54,422 bases of DNA from Clostridia bacterium (GCA_017477355.1 JAFUWA010000010.1:1-54422); one strand, 5' to 3'. Shown: positions 9,901 through 21,190, counted from the first letter of the stretch. Notes: generated by a model from the sequence alone, not told the origin. A program made the numbers and translations.

Positions 9901-11838
9901 CTACTTATTTTGTAAATTTTGCATACATTCAATTACATTTTCAAGCGGATCTACAATTTTTGCTGTAATCTTATTTTTGCATTTTTCATATAAAATAGGA
10001 AGTTCTGTACAACCTAAAATAACGATATCTTTCTCTTGATTCATTGTCTCTGTAAAGCTATCTAACACCTTTTTAGTAATATGATTGTTCTTTACAGCTT
10101 CAATCCATTCTCTAATAGTAGTATGTTCTAATTCTGTAGGAGAATGAATCTTAATATGTCTTTCTTTAAAATATTGTTCATAAATATCAGAATCAATCTC
10201 TTTTTCAGAAACATATAATTTCACTTGTTTTGTTTTTTCTTCTTTTAATCTACTTGCACAAATATCAATCATATTTAAAATTTTTGTCTCAGATCCTGGC
10301 ACTTTTTCATAAATATCTTGAATAAATGCATAAGGAGTACTGCTATCTAAAATAATATAATCTACATTGTTATTCATGAAAATAGAAATAGATTCACACA
10401 AGCTATTAATTAACTCTTCTTTTCTTTCTCCAGTTAAAATTGCTTTAACACGACTTGGCATTGTACAACGATTATCAATGATAATTCTTGGTCTATCCCA
10501 TTCTTTTTCAGATGGGAACGCATTTACTAATCTTGTAAATAAATCGATTGTTGCATAAGTTCCCATGCCCCCTAAAATACCAATTGTAAATGTATCAATA
10601 AAGTTGTTCTTCACCCACTTTTCTGCGTGAGAAAAGTCATTTGGTGTATCAATCTCTTTTGTTCTAATTAGCTTAATTTTCTTTGGCATAATAGGCTCTA
10701 ATAATTGATAAACGTGTTTGTCTCCTTCTTGGAAGTTTTCTTTATTAATTAAACATACACCATTCCATTCGTAATCGCCGTGTTCTCTAGAAAATTCTAC
10801 TACATAATTATCTTTATCAACTGTTACAAGTACTGGATCGTCAGTAGACTTTTCAGAGACGCCAACGAATTCTTCTGTTTCTTGTAAAACATCTTTCATA
10901 TCTTCTGGATGGATAATTAAATCTCCATCAATTGCAAGAATTTGTTTGTTGGAATATTTTGCAGCAATACTTAAACTAGCACCTGTTCCATTATTCATAT
11001 AGTCTCTATTAAATACAAATAAAACATTTCTTCTAAAACGATTTACTTCTTGAATAACATCCATAAATTTGTATCCAATAACAACTCTAATATCTGTATC
11101 TTCGCTAATTTGTTCGATATTTCTTTGTACTAAACTTTTTCCATTTACTTGAACAATTGCTTTAGGAATTCCAAGTCCAAGTCTTTTGCCCATTCCTGCA
11201 CAAGAAATAACAACTGTTTTTTCTTTTAAGTCTTTTTCCTGTATTTGATTTAAAAATTCGTATAATTTATTCTCATCATAAATAGCATAGTCTATTACAT
11301 CCATTAGCTCTGGAGAAATATCTCTTACTCCTCCAAATCCAATTCCAATGTTAGCAGCATTTAGCATTAATCTATCATTGCTTCCATCCCCTACTGCTAC
11401 TACAAAACTATCTTCGAATCTCTTAACAGTATCTGGTTTGGATAAGATACTTTCAATCTTTACAATCTTATCATTTTTTACAATTGCTTTAGATGAAAAA
11501 TAATGATCTTGCATTCCTAATTTTTCCATTAATTTTTCAATCCAAACGTCTAAATTACTTGTAACGATATAACATCTTTCTTTATTTTCTTTTAAAAATT
11601 TTGCTACTGCTTTATTGACTTTAATATTAGAAACAATTTCAGCAACTTCACTAACGGGAATATCTTTCAATATATCAACTCTTTTAGTAAAACTTTCTTC
11701 AAAAAGTAGATCTCCCATCATAGTTTTTTCAGTTAAATCTCTCATTTCTTCATAACGATTAATTCTTTTTGAAATTGTAGGAAGTATTTCTTCCTTTGTT
11801 ACTGTTGAATCTAAGTCAAATAAAAATATTTTTTCCAT
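9901..11838 (-). CDS. Three-domain fusion: HAD (SerB-like) phosphatase + nucleotidyltransferase + Asp/Glu racemase-like domain
   Basis: FDLDSTV and VGDGSND (HAD), SCAGMGKRLG..IPKA (NTP transferase), IGILGGMG..AT and ILGCTELP (racemase). Confidence 0.85.
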   Translation of the reverse strand: MEKIFLFDLDSTVTKEEILPTISKRINRYEEMRDLTEKTMMGDLLFEESFTKRVDILKDIPVSEVAEIVSNIKVNKAVAKFLKENKERCYIVTSNLDVWIEKLMEKLGMQDHYFSSKAIVKNDKIVKIESILSKPDTVKRFEDSFVVAVGDGSNDRLMLNAANIGIGFGGVRDISPELMDVIDYAIYDENKLYEFLNQIQEKDLKEKTVVISCAGMGKRLGLGIPKAIVQVNGKSLVQRNIEQISEDTDIRVVIGYKFMDVIQEVNRFRRNVLFVFNRDYMNNGTGASLSIAAKYSNKQILAIDGDLIIHPEDMKDVLQETEEFVGVSEKSTDDPVLVTVDKDNYVVEFSREHGDYEWNGVCLINKENFQEGDKHVYQLLEPIMPKKIKLIRTKEIDTPNDFSHAEKWVKNNFIDTFTIGILGGMGTYATIDLFTRLVNAFPSEKEWDRPRIIIDNRCTMPSRVKAILTGERKEELINSLCESISIFMNNNVDYIILDSSTPYAFIQDIYEKVPGSETKILNMIDICASRLKEEKTKQVKLYVSEKEIDSDIYEQYFKERHIKIHSPTELEHTTIREWIEAVKNNHITKKVLDSFTETMNQEKDIVILGCTELPILYEKCKNKITAKIVDPLENVIECMQNLQNK

Positions 11839-11854
11839 TCTTGATTACTCCTAA

Positions 11855-12808
11855 TTAAATGTAAAATTTTTCTTCTGGATATATTGTTATATCTAGATCC
11901 TCTACTTTATTATTTGCTAAATGATAGATTTTAGACGCAAAATACAAGTCTGTAATTGATAATCCTAAATTATATACAATCACTCTATCACTTGCTTTTT
12001 CTTTTAATGTTTTTCCTTTAAATAACACATCATCTGTTGAAGATAGCTTTTTATATTGGTCATAATATTTGAAGTTTTTAATTCTTTCCATATCTGATGC
12101 AATAATATGATCAAATGTTAAGTCGCATCCCATGAATCCTCTCATATGAACAGGAATTACCAAACATCCTTCTTTATATACAGATGCATCACAAAAATCC
12201 TCTTCTGCAAAAGTAACACTAGAAAATACAGCATCACTGTCTTTCATTAATTCATCGTAAGTGTCACAAATAACAAAATTAATATTGGTATATTGTTTAA
12301 ATCTTTCAATAAATCTTTCTTCTTGGCCTTTATATTTATAAAGCTTTACAGTATATTTTTTGTTTTTTGTTTTCTCAAATAAAATATCTCCAATTTTTGT
12401 TCCGATATTTCCTAAACCTACCATAGCAACTGTTTCATATTCATCAATTAAATTTAAGAAAGTATGAACTGCAATTGCTGCTGTCCTGATTGTTGTAATG
12501 TAATTTCCATCTAATATAGCTAATAACTCACATTTATCATAAGAATATAGATAGATTTGGGCATCTAAATTTAAGCTTCCCTCTTCCCTTCTCTGTTCGT
12601 TTCTGGTAATTACCTTTAATCCAACAGAGTTTTCACTAGGAAGTGCACATGGCATTACATTAAAATAGTCACTTTCTCTCATTGGAATTCTAGTTTTAGT
12701 AGGCATGATATAAGAATCTCTGTTTCTTAAAACTTCATCTGTCCATTGATAATATTCATCTGCTGAAATATTTAAATCTTTTATATCTTTATAAGTCAAA
12801 ATTTTCAT
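11855..12808 (-). CDS. Ornithine cyclodeaminase / mu-crystallin family protein
   Basis: NVMP, GLKVI, DGNYITTIRTAA, GLGNIG Rossmann motif, GLSITDL. Confidence 0.85.
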   Translation of the reverse strand: MKILTYKDIKDLNISADEYYQWTDEVLRNRDSYIMPTKTRIPMRESDYFNVMPCALPSENSVGLKVITRNEQRREEGSLNLDAQIYLYSYDKCELLAILDGNYITTIRTAAIAVHTFLNLIDEYETVAMVGLGNIGTKIGDILFEKTKNKKYTVKLYKYKGQEERFIERFKQYTNINFVICDTYDELMKDSDAVFSSVTFAEEDFCDASVYKEGCLVIPVHMRGFMGCDLTFDHIIASDMERIKNFKYYDQYKKLSSTDDVLFKGKTLKEKASDRVIVYNLGLSITDLYFASKIYHLANNKVEDLDITIYPEEKFYI

Positions 12809-13703
12809 ATGTTTTTCCTTCTTTCATTTTATTTAAGACTTCTGTATATTTTTCATCTACTTCATAGATAACAGTTCCATGAGAGCTTGATTTGTTTTGA
12901 GGTTTGATGTAATCTTTTCCATAATACATGGTTAAAATCTTATTATATTCTTTTGAAACAGGAAGCTGCGTATTTTCAAAATCCTTATATTCTACTTCCT
13001 CAAAATATTTTTTGGGAAATAGCTTATACTTTTTTCCATTCGTATAATAAGATACTTTGCATACTTCTTCACTCTTAAATGGAACATGAGATGCTATCTT
13101 TTCATAGGTTGCATACATTTTTTGTACATCTCGTTTTTGATAAACAAAACGAATCATTTTTTTGACGTTTTCTTTTATTTTGTTTGGAGATGGAGTTCGA
13201 TTTAATAAGATATCAAATAACTTCATTCTCCTTACTAATCTTTTATGCCTAATTGTCTCCACTAATTGATTCTTAGATACAAAATCTAATGGAAAAATAT
13301 CAATGAAGATTCCCTGATGAAAGCTAACATTATTTCCTTCATATGGTAAGATTCCAGTGGTATTAGAATTTCTAATCTGAGCATGTCCTCTGTAATAACC
13401 CTTATCACTATAGGCTGTTTGGAAAAAGAATGGTTCTTTAAATTCTTTTTCTGCTACTTTTAATAATTTGTTATAGTCTTCTCTTAGCATTACAAAATCC
13501 ATATCATCATCCCATGGAATAAATCCTTGATGTCTAATTGTTCCAAGAAGAGTACCACTGTCTGCAAAAAATTTTAGATGATATTTTTTACAAACTCTAT
13601 CTAATTCTTGAAACATTTCTAATTCTATTTGCCATACTCTTTTTCTTTTTGATGTTATAGTAAAGCCACAATCTACAACTTCTTCTAAATTAAATTCTTT
13701 CAT
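12789..13703 (-). CDS. licD: LicD family phosphotransferase
   Basis: GTLLGTIRHQGFIPWDDDMD, GIFIDIFPLD. Confidence 0.9.
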   Translation of the reverse strand: MKEFNLEEVVDCGFTITSKRKRVWQIELEMFQELDRVCKKYHLKFFADSGTLLGTIRHQGFIPWDDDMDFVMLREDYNKLLKVAEKEFKEPFFFQTAYSDKGYYRGHAQIRNSNTTGILPYEGNNVSFHQGIFIDIFPLDFVSKNQLVETIRHKRLVRRMKLFDILLNRTPSPNKIKENVKKMIRFVYQKRDVQKMYATYEKIASHVPFKSEEVCKVSYYTNGKKYKLFPKKYFEEVEYKDFENTQLPVSKEYNKILTMYYGKDYIKPQNKSSSHGTVIYEVDEKYTEVLNKMKEGKTYENFDL

Positions 13704-13728
13704 TCTTAGGTATTTTTCCTCCTATAGG

Positions 13729-14793
13729 TTATGGAACTAGCTTTTTAACAATTGGTATTTTTTTCATAATAAGAATTGGTATTAAGGTAATAAAGTAAAC
13801 TGCCAATATACCAAAGGTTCTATATTGCCATGTGTAAACATTAATTTTTAAAAACTTTACTAGTGCTTCCATAATTGGAACATGAATTAAATATATTCCA
13901 AAACTACAGCTTGCTACGCTAGCTAAAATCTTTTGCAATCTAGGTTTATCTTCTAATTTTTTTACAATTTTAGAATCTTTTACAAATACAAAAATTGCTG
14001 CTGCTCCTAAAAAAGCATACCAGGTTTTGTAACTCCAGATATCTCCAAAAACAACACCATGTTTTTTGCTTAAATAAAATGTGATTGCATATCTCCAAAC
14101 AATTCCTAAAATTGTAGAAATATATAATATGATTTTTTCTTTTTTCTTCAAAGTTTGTGTAGATAATAAATATCCTAAAATAACATAAATTACAAATCCA
14201 CCAATTCTTACAGAAAATGCATAATTGTAGTAAATTTTAAAGAATAGTAGAATATATGGTAATGTTGCATTAAAAATAACATATAATGCAATGGTAAACC
14301 AAAGAGTTTTTCGATGCTTTTCCTCTGTTAATAAAGATAAAAATGGCATTGTTAAATATAATCCTAAAATTTCAAAAATGAAATAATAAGTACTTTGCTC
14401 CTCATTAGATAGAAAAGCATTAATGAATTCTGCAAAACTATGATACGTATGAAATAAATTCTTTTTTAATCGATAAGCAAACATCACCATTGCCCAAAAT
14501 AGAAATGGAATGACCACCTTTATAAATCTCTTTTTGAAAAATGTTTTTGTATCATATTTACTTCTATAATTCATTAAGTTTGCACCTGAAATCATTAAAT
14601 ATAAAGGTACGCCCCAGTAAAATAATACTTTTACAATTAAACTTGTATTCCATGCCCTTATTTCAGGATGACTGTGTACAATTCCATTTACGTGTAAAGC
14701 TACTACTTGTATCATTGCTATAATATTTAAAATGTCTAGATACACAAGTCTTTTGGGTTTTACTACAATTTCTTGGTTCTCTTTCTGTTCCAT
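13729..14793 (-). CDS. Acyltransferase-3 family membrane O-acyltransferase
   Basis: RLVYLDILNIIA, VPLYLMISGA, SFGIYLIH, multiple TM segments. Confidence 0.88.
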   Translation of the reverse strand: MEQKENQEIVVKPKRLVYLDILNIIAMIQVVALHVNGIVHSHPEIRAWNTSLIVKVLFYWGVPLYLMISGANLMNYRSKYDTKTFFKKRFIKVVIPFLFWAMVMFAYRLKKNLFHTYHSFAEFINAFLSNEEQSTYYFIFEILGLYLTMPFLSLLTEEKHRKTLWFTIALYVIFNATLPYILLFFKIYYNYAFSVRIGGFVIYVILGYLLSTQTLKKKEKIILYISTILGIVWRYAITFYLSKKHGVVFGDIWSYKTWYAFLGAAAIFVFVKDSKIVKKLEDKPRLQKILASVASCSFGIYLIHVPIMEALVKFLKINVYTWQYRTFGILAVYFITLIPILIMKKIPIVKKLVP

Positions 14794-14805
14794 GATATTC
14801 TCCTT

Positions 14806-16270
14806 TTAGCTTGCCTCTTTTTTGACTTTCTTTTGAATGATTCCTTTAATCCTATCAAAAACAAATTGAATAGAATTATCTCTTAAAATTATTAATACAA
14901 CAATGTATGTAATACTTCCAGCTAAAAATTCTAAGATGATTAGTGGAATTCTATCTAATGCAAGTCTTGATGCAAACACCATTACTCCAAGCATTACAAC
15001 CCCTGCTATTAATTTTTTCCAAGCAAGCTTTGCAATTCCCTTGAAAGAGAAGTATCCATTGCTAAAGAACACATATAAAAATGTAATAACAGATTCTGCA
15101 ATAATTGTTCCAATACATGCGCCATAGCTCCATAATCTTGGAATAAAAATTAAGTTAAATATTAAATTTACAAAAGAACCTGTAATAATAAATTTTGCAC
15201 TTTTTGCTCTTAATCCTGCTGGATTATAATATTGTGATCCTAAGCAGTTACTAATTCCAATAATTAAAATTAATGGACTCATAATTTTTAATAGTGGAAT
15301 AACTTTATCATAGCCTTTTCCAAAGAATAATGGTACAAATAAATCTGCTATTCCAATTAATCCGAACATCATTCCAAATCCTAAGAAAAAGATATAATTA
15401 ATAGATTGATTAATTCTTGTACGAATTTCATCATACTTTTCTTCAGCAAACAAATAAGAAATTCTTGGTCCTAACACTGTATTTAAAGATGCAAATGTTA
15501 GAGCTTTTATCATATTCATAATTTTTGTTGCTTGCTCATAATATCCATTTTCGTTGGTACTATGTGTGATTAGTCCAATTAATGTTTTATCTAATACTGT
15601 ATAAATAGAAGTTGCTATTGTAGGTATAAAATAAATAAATGTTTCTTTTAAATGAGAAAATATCCTTAAATTTTTGAAAGGAACTTTCTTTAAAAATTTT
15701 GGCAAATACAACCACATTGTCATTGTACCTAATAAAGAAGTTAATGACATAATAAAAACATATAGTTTTAAATCGCTTGGATTTTTAATAAATACAAATA
15801 ATAATACTGCTCCTAATATCTTGAAGATTGAATTTTGGAAAATGGTATATTTAAATTGCTCTAATCCAGCATAAAACCATGAAATATCCATCATGGTATT
15901 AACGATATTTAAAGTTAATATTAAATAAAAGATTCTATATCGATTACTAAATGCAATTAAAATTCCCCAAACAGCTAAACATGCAAGTGATGTAAACACT
16001 GTTAGTAATTCTATTTCCCAGAATAGTTTACTTCTTCTTGTTCTACTTTTTCTTACTCTTGCAATTTCACGAATTCCGATAACTATATGTTCCTAATGCT
16101 GCAAACATGGAAAAATATAATTGAATAGAATTTGTATAACTATAAATACCAATTCCATCTGCACCTAGGACTCTAGAAACATAAGGTGCTGTAATAAATG
16201 GAATTAACAAAGTTAGAACTTGATATAATGTACTTAGTAAAATATTTTTCTTGATACTTGTTGTTTTCAT
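14806..16270 (-). CDS. wzx: Polysaccharide flippase Wzx, 487 aa, requiring a +1 shift at CGGA (16078..16075)
   Basis: ORF 16067..16270 (IPFITAPYVSRVLG..GIG.YSY...LGTYSY) joins GIREIAR...LFWE and ORF 14806..15999 when C16078 is skipped. Confidence 0.9.
16075..16078 (-). other. CGGA +1 recoding site (wzx codon 65)
   Basis: AGT TAT C GGA ATT CGT GAA ATT GCA = S Y G I R E I A. Confidence 0.88.
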
Positions 16271-16281
16271 TGCTCTCCTAA

Positions 16282-17145
16282 TTATTTGGTATATTCTAAA
16301 TATGATTTCTCTGTATCGAAGAAGAATTCTTGATGAGTAGATGCTTTTTTTTGCGGAACCATATAATCTTCTCCATATTCTTGTCTTAACATACTATCAT
16401 ACTTTTTGGGACAACGCAAACTTAAATATTCAAATGATAAATTTTCATACTCATCATAATATTCGCGTTCAAATACAGGATATTTAAATCCATCATAAAT
16501 TAGTCCCATATATTTTGTTTTTTCATCTTTATATTTTGATAATAATTTTTCATACTTTGCTAAAATTTTATTTAAATCAAAAATTTTAAAAAATGTCTTT
16601 TTCATTATTTTTTTGATGACTAATTTTAATTTCTTCTCATCTCCAAAAACGGGATAAGTATTAATCAAACGCTTAAAAGTATTTACTCTTAATTTAAATA
16701 TTTTTCCTTTCACTCCATCTGGAACATTATCAATTGGAAAAATATCCATAAAAATACCTTTATTGAAAGAATTATTTTTGTCAGTTTTTAATATTGCAGT
16801 TGTATTAGAATTCCTAATTTGAATATGTGACCTATCATAATTCTTTTCTGTTTCATAACATTGGACAAAATATGGATCTTGTAATTCTTTTCTTGCAATT
16901 TGTTTGAATCTTTCATAATCATTACGAGGCATTTCTAAATCAATATCATCATCCCAAGGTATAAACCCATGATGTCTCACAGTGCCAAGTAATGTACCAT
17001 ACGATGCAAAATACTTTATATTGTTCTTGTCACAGATATCTAGCACTTTTTCAAGCATGTCTAATTCTACTTTCCAAAGTTTTTTTACTTTTGCAGAAAC
17101 AAGATATCCTTCTCTTTCCTCTTCTTCTAAATTAAAGTTATTCAT
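16282..17145 (-). CDS. licD: LicD family phosphotransferase (second paralog)
   Basis: GTLLGTVRHHGFIPWDDDID, GIFMDIFPID. Confidence 0.9.
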   Translation of the reverse strand: MNNFNLEEEEREGYLVSAKVKKLWKVELDMLEKVLDICDKNNIKYFASYGTLLGTVRHHGFIPWDDDIDLEMPRNDYERFKQIARKELQDPYFVQCYETEKNYDRSHIQIRNSNTTAILKTDKNNSFNKGIFMDIFPIDNVPDGVKGKIFKLRVNTFKRLINTYPVFGDEKKLKLVIKKIMKKTFFKIFDLNKILAKYEKLLSKYKDEKTKYMGLIYDGFKYPVFEREYYDEYENLSFEYLSLRCPKKYDSMLRQEYGEDYMVPQKKASTHQEFFFDTEKSYLEYTK

Positions 17146-17158
17146 TTTTATTATCCTT

Positions 17159-18064
17159 TTATTTTATGTATTCGATTTTTGGATTAAAGAATATACCATG
17201 TACAAATCCTTTTGTCATATATTTAATTTTTTCAAATTTAAATTGGTTCTTTGTGAATAAAATTTTGAATACATGATAAAAGTATTTTCCAATATAACGA
17301 ACTGTCTTTTTAAATCCTTTTTTCTTTGCTAAATAAAAACCATTTCTGTAATCATAAAATAATCTTTTTACTTTTTCTTTTTCACAAATTCTTTCTGCTG
17401 TCGTTCCTGTGTTTGTTTTCATTTTATGAACTACTTTACTGCTAAGCACTAAATAAGAATTTCCTGCATCTGATATCCTTTTTGTATATTCCATATCATC
17501 AAAATAAATAAAGAATTCACTAATTGGCAATCCATAGCTTTTTACTTTATTTAAATTGACAAAACAAGAAACAAAAGAACAACTCTCGATTGGAATTAAT
17601 CCTTTCTCTATGTTTTGATAATCATATACAAAAAATTCTTTGACTGCTGGAACATTCATGTGCGCTAATGTACCATCTGTCCATAGAACTAGGCTATTTA
17701 AAAAGGAAAATTCATTATTGAGATTATTTTTTACGTTCCAAAGTTCTTCTAAAGCAGTCGCATTTGGAATAGTATCATCATCCATAATCCAAGCATAGTC
17801 ATAGTTTTTTTCATATGCTATTTGCATTCCTTTATAAAATCCACCTGCTCCTCCTACATTTTGCGCTAAACCATGAAAATATATATTGTTATATTTTTCT
17901 TTATATTCTTTTACTAAAATATCTGTACCGTCAGAAGAGGCATTATCTATTACTAAAATGTCAAAATCATTTTTAGTTTGATGGATTAATGCATCTAAAT
18001 TTTCTTTTAATAATTCTTTTCTGTTATATGTTACAACAATTGCTAAAATTTTGTTAGACTCCAT
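17159..18064 (-). CDS. GT2 glycosyltransferase (galactofuranosyltransferase-like)
   Basis: VVTYNRKELL, DNASSDGT, NVGGAGGF, WIMDDD. Confidence 0.9.
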   Translation of the reverse strand: MESNKILAIVVTYNRKELLKENLDALIHQTKNDFDILVIDNASSDGTDILVKEYKEKYNNIYFHGLAQNVGGAGGFYKGMQIAYEKNYDYAWIMDDDTIPNATALEELWNVKNNLNNEFSFLNSLVLWTDGTLAHMNVPAVKEFFVYDYQNIEKGLIPIESCSFVSCFVNLNKVKSYGLPISEFFIYFDDMEYTKRISDAGNSYLVLSSKVVHKMKTNTGTTAERICEKEKVKRLFYDYRNGFYLAKKKGFKKTVRYIGKYFYHVFKILFTKNQFKFEKIKYMTKGFVHGIFFNPKIEYIK

Positions 18065-18075
18065 TTTTGTCCCCT

Positions 18076-19182
18076 TTAAATAAATAATTCGTATGGATAC
18101 GTTTCTCCATATCCGTGATGAATATACATCCAGTACCAGTAAAAAGTAAGGACTGCTATGATAAACATTCTTCCCCCTACGATTCCTAATTGATTCTTTT
18201 TAAAAAGCTTTACTAAACTTGGCACAACTGTTAACATTCCAGCTGCTGCATAAGCAAGGGATAATCTATAAGCATTTGTAATAGTATAGCTAATTGGGAA
18301 TAGAATAAAATCTACTAACAAAAATTCAAAGTAAATATTTAATTTTTGACTATGATTTATTCTTTGATATAGCATATACATAACAATCCATAACAATTTA
18401 AACGTTGTTTCAAAAACTTTATAATCTACTACTTCTGATTGATAACCAGAAAAATAATAGTAATATCTTGAAGGAATAATACCATTTTTTGTTAAAAACA
18501 GGATAATTGCATTACTTGAAACAGCTAAAGCAATTAGAAAAACATTGATAAAAAATGTTAATCTTTGGTAACCTGATATTTTTCGGATTATCACAATCAA
18601 TAAAAACATTGGAATAGCAAAAAGTATCGATTTGTGAAATAAAAAGGCAATCAGAAATAATATTGCAGCTTTTAGATACTTTCTATTCTCAAATAATACA
18701 AGACTATATAGAATAATTGCAATTGCAATTCCTTGTCTCATGATATTTAATGTAAGATTATAGAAGAATAAGAAAAATACTAACAATGCCATATACATTG
18801 GTACTTCTTTTCTATTTTCATATATAAATCGATAAACAAATATCATAATAATCAAATGTGTAGCAAACAATACCATTTGAAAACTATCTGTTAATTTTGC
18901 AATTACAAAAATGAATGTACTATATCCAATCTCTAAATAAGAAGAGGTACTTCTAATAAACTCAAAATAATTTGATTTTAAAGCTTCATTAAAAGCCGGA
19001 AAAGCATAAAATTCTACATCTGTTCCAACACTTGTATTTCTTAATCCAGCTAAAATAGATGGAAGTAAGACTGCCAGTATTGATAATGCTAATCCTTTTC
19101 TTTTTTGAGAATGATCAAAATATTTTTGAGCTTGATATGTGAAAAGTACTGATATGAAAAAAACAATTAAATAAGTTATCAT
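18076..19182 (-). CDS. wzy: EpsG-family polysaccharide polymerase (Wzy)
   Basis: AGLR..VGTD, E.GY, N.MRQGIA, FHKS motifs, many TM segments. Confidence 0.85.
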   Translation of the reverse strand: MITYLIVFFISVLFTYQAQKYFDHSQKRKGLALSILAVLLPSILAGLRNTSVGTDVEFYAFPAFNEALKSNYFEFIRSTSSYLEIGYSTFIFVIAKLTDSFQMVLFATHLIIMIFVYRFIYENRKEVPMYMALLVFFLFFYNLTLNIMRQGIAIAIILYSLVLFENRKYLKAAILFLIAFLFHKSILFAIPMFLLIVIIRKISGYQRLTFFINVFLIALAVSSNAIILFLTKNGIIPSRYYYYFSGYQSEVVDYKVFETTFKLLWIVMYMLYQRINHSQKLNIYFEFLLVDFILFPISYTITNAYRLSLAYAAAGMLTVVPSLVKLFKKNQLGIVGGRMFIIAVLTFYWYWMYIHHGYGETYPYELFI

Positions 19183-21185
19183 CTTTCTCCTTCTACATAA
19201 ATTCTTTCCAATTTTTGAATGGTAGAATTTATGTCATATCCTGCCTCTAAAATTTTATTCTCTAAATTTTTTCTTTCTTCTTTTTTATTTCTTAATTCTT
19301 GAATTTTAGAAACCCAAATTTCTTCGTTTAACTCTAAAAACTCACAATTTCCTGTGATATCGACTTCCTTCGTAATATTGTTTGAGAAAATACATTTTAG
19401 ACCTGAAGTTTGAGCTTCAATTCCTGCAGTTGGTAGTCCCTCATAGCTAGAAGGTAAAATAAACAAGTCGAATGCCTGATACATATGATAGATATCATCT
19501 CTTCTTCCTAAGAACAAAATATGATCTTTTAATCCTTCTTTTAATACCATATCTTTTATGTCATTTTCTAATTCTCCAACACCAAGAAGTATAACTTTGA
19601 TTTTACTATCTTTCTCTATTAATTTTTTTGCTATTCTAATAATAAAGTCATGATTTTTTTCTTTTGAAAATCTTCCTACATGTCCAATAACAAATTCTTC
19701 TTGAGAAATACCAAATTCTTTTCTTACTCTTTCTCTTTCTGTTATGTTATAAAGAAATTTAGAATAATCAATACTGTTATTAATAATAGCAAAATGATTG
19801 GAATTTACAACTTTTTCAGAAAACTTCCACATACCTGCTTCTTTAGAACAAGCTACAAAAAAAGTTGGAAATCTATTTAGTCCTAGACCTAATACATTTT
19901 TCACAATTTTATGTTTTGTACTTTCTACACCAGCACTATGTGAATGAACAATTACTTTAGAAATTCCATATTTTCTACATAAATAAGAAGCAATTGTTAA
20001 TGAAGTAATACTTCCAGAATGAATATGAGCAACATCATAATGGCTCTCTTTCAAAAACTTCTTTGTATTATAATATAATGCCGGAAACTTATTCATATAT
20101 CCATGTTCTGTATGAGATTCATATACACCACATCCAAGTTCTTTTAACTCTTTTTCATATCCAGGATTTTTTACTGTATATGGCGTAAATAAATCTACTT
20201 GAAATTTTGTTTTATCAATATTTCTAGAAACGTTCATTACAAACATTTCTTCCCCACCATTATTCAAACATTCGCACAAAAATTCAAGCACTCTTACTTT
20301 ATCATCAACCATTTCAATTTTTGGGAAAAACTTCTTTCCTTCTTTTACAGATTCTCGAATTAATTTTAACCTTTCCTTTTTATCTTTTTTGTCTGATTTC
20401 AGAATCTTAAAAGTATGTTTAAAAAGTCTTAAATGAAGCCAAAACCAGCCTCTTAATCCTTCTCTTCTATATAAAACAACGTCATTTCTATATAAATAAC
20501 GGAATCTTTCCATTCTCTGATCTACTTCAGCAATACTTGCTCCTACATTGCTATTACATTTATGGGTAACAATACTATCTACGACATAATAGCATTTATA
20601 TCTTCTAGAAATTCTTCTTGTAAATTCCCAATCATCTGTCCAAATAAAGAATTCTTTGATTGGTAATCCCACTTCTAAAATAGTCTCTCTTTTCAAAAAC
20701 AAAGAAACAAATGAAGCCATTGCTACTTCTTGCATTGTATCAAAAGTTTTAAGCCAAGTACCAAATGTTTTTTTAGGAATATTCATCCTACAAAGATTTC
20801 CATCTTTCCAAAGAGCTTTACTAGATAAAAATCCATAATTTCCATTTAGTTTTTGGTCTGTTTCTAATAGTTTTGTCAAAGAATCTTTGTGAACAATACA
20901 GTCATCATCCATTACCCATACAAAATCACAACCAAGTTTACAAGCCTCTCTCATTCCATAATTGAAACCACCTGCTCCACCTAAATTGGCGCCTGTATTT
21001 CGGTAAATGATTTTATGATTCTCTATAAATTCTCGAATATAATCTTCTGTTCCATCTGTACTTGCGTTATCTACAATTAAAATATCACAATTTTGATATT
21101 CTTGATGAATCAATGCTTCAATACATTCTTTTAGCAATTCTTTTCTATTGTAGGTAACAACAACTGCAATTACTTTTTTCATCAA
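19179..21185 (-). CDS. Bifunctional glycosyltransferase, GT2 + GT4 fusion
   Basis: N-terminal VVTYNR/WVMDDD, C-terminal HVGRFS.EKNH and PSSYEGLP..GIEAQ. Confidence 0.9.
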   Translation of the reverse strand: MMKKVIAVVVTYNRKELLKECIEALIHQEYQNCDILIVDNASTDGTEDYIREFIENHKIIYRNTGANLGGAGGFNYGMREACKLGCDFVWVMDDDCIVHKDSLTKLLETDQKLNGNYGFLSSKALWKDGNLCRMNIPKKTFGTWLKTFDTMQEVAMASFVSLFLKRETILEVGLPIKEFFIWTDDWEFTRRISRRYKCYYVVDSIVTHKCNSNVGASIAEVDQRMERFRYLYRNDVVLYRREGLRGWFWLHLRLFKHTFKILKSDKKDKKERLKLIRESVKEGKKFFPKIEMVDDKVRVLEFLCECLNNGGEEMFVMNVSRNIDKTKFQVDLFTPYTVKNPGYEKELKELGCGVYESHTEHGYMNKFPALYYNTKKFLKESHYDVAHIHSGSITSLTIASYLCRKYGISKVIVHSHSAGVESTKHKIVKNVLGLGLNRFPTFFVACSKEAGMWKFSEKVVNSNHFAIINNSIDYSKFLYNITERERVRKEFGISQEEFVIGHVGRFSKEKNHDFIIRIAKKLIEKDSKIKVILLGVGELENDIKDMVLKEGLKDHILFLGRRDDIYHMYQAFDLFILPSSYEGLPTAGIEAQTSGLKCIFSNNITKEVDITGNCEFLELNEEIWVSKIQELRNKKEERKNLENKILEAGYDINSTIQKLERIYVEGER

Positions 21186-21190
21186 ATTGA

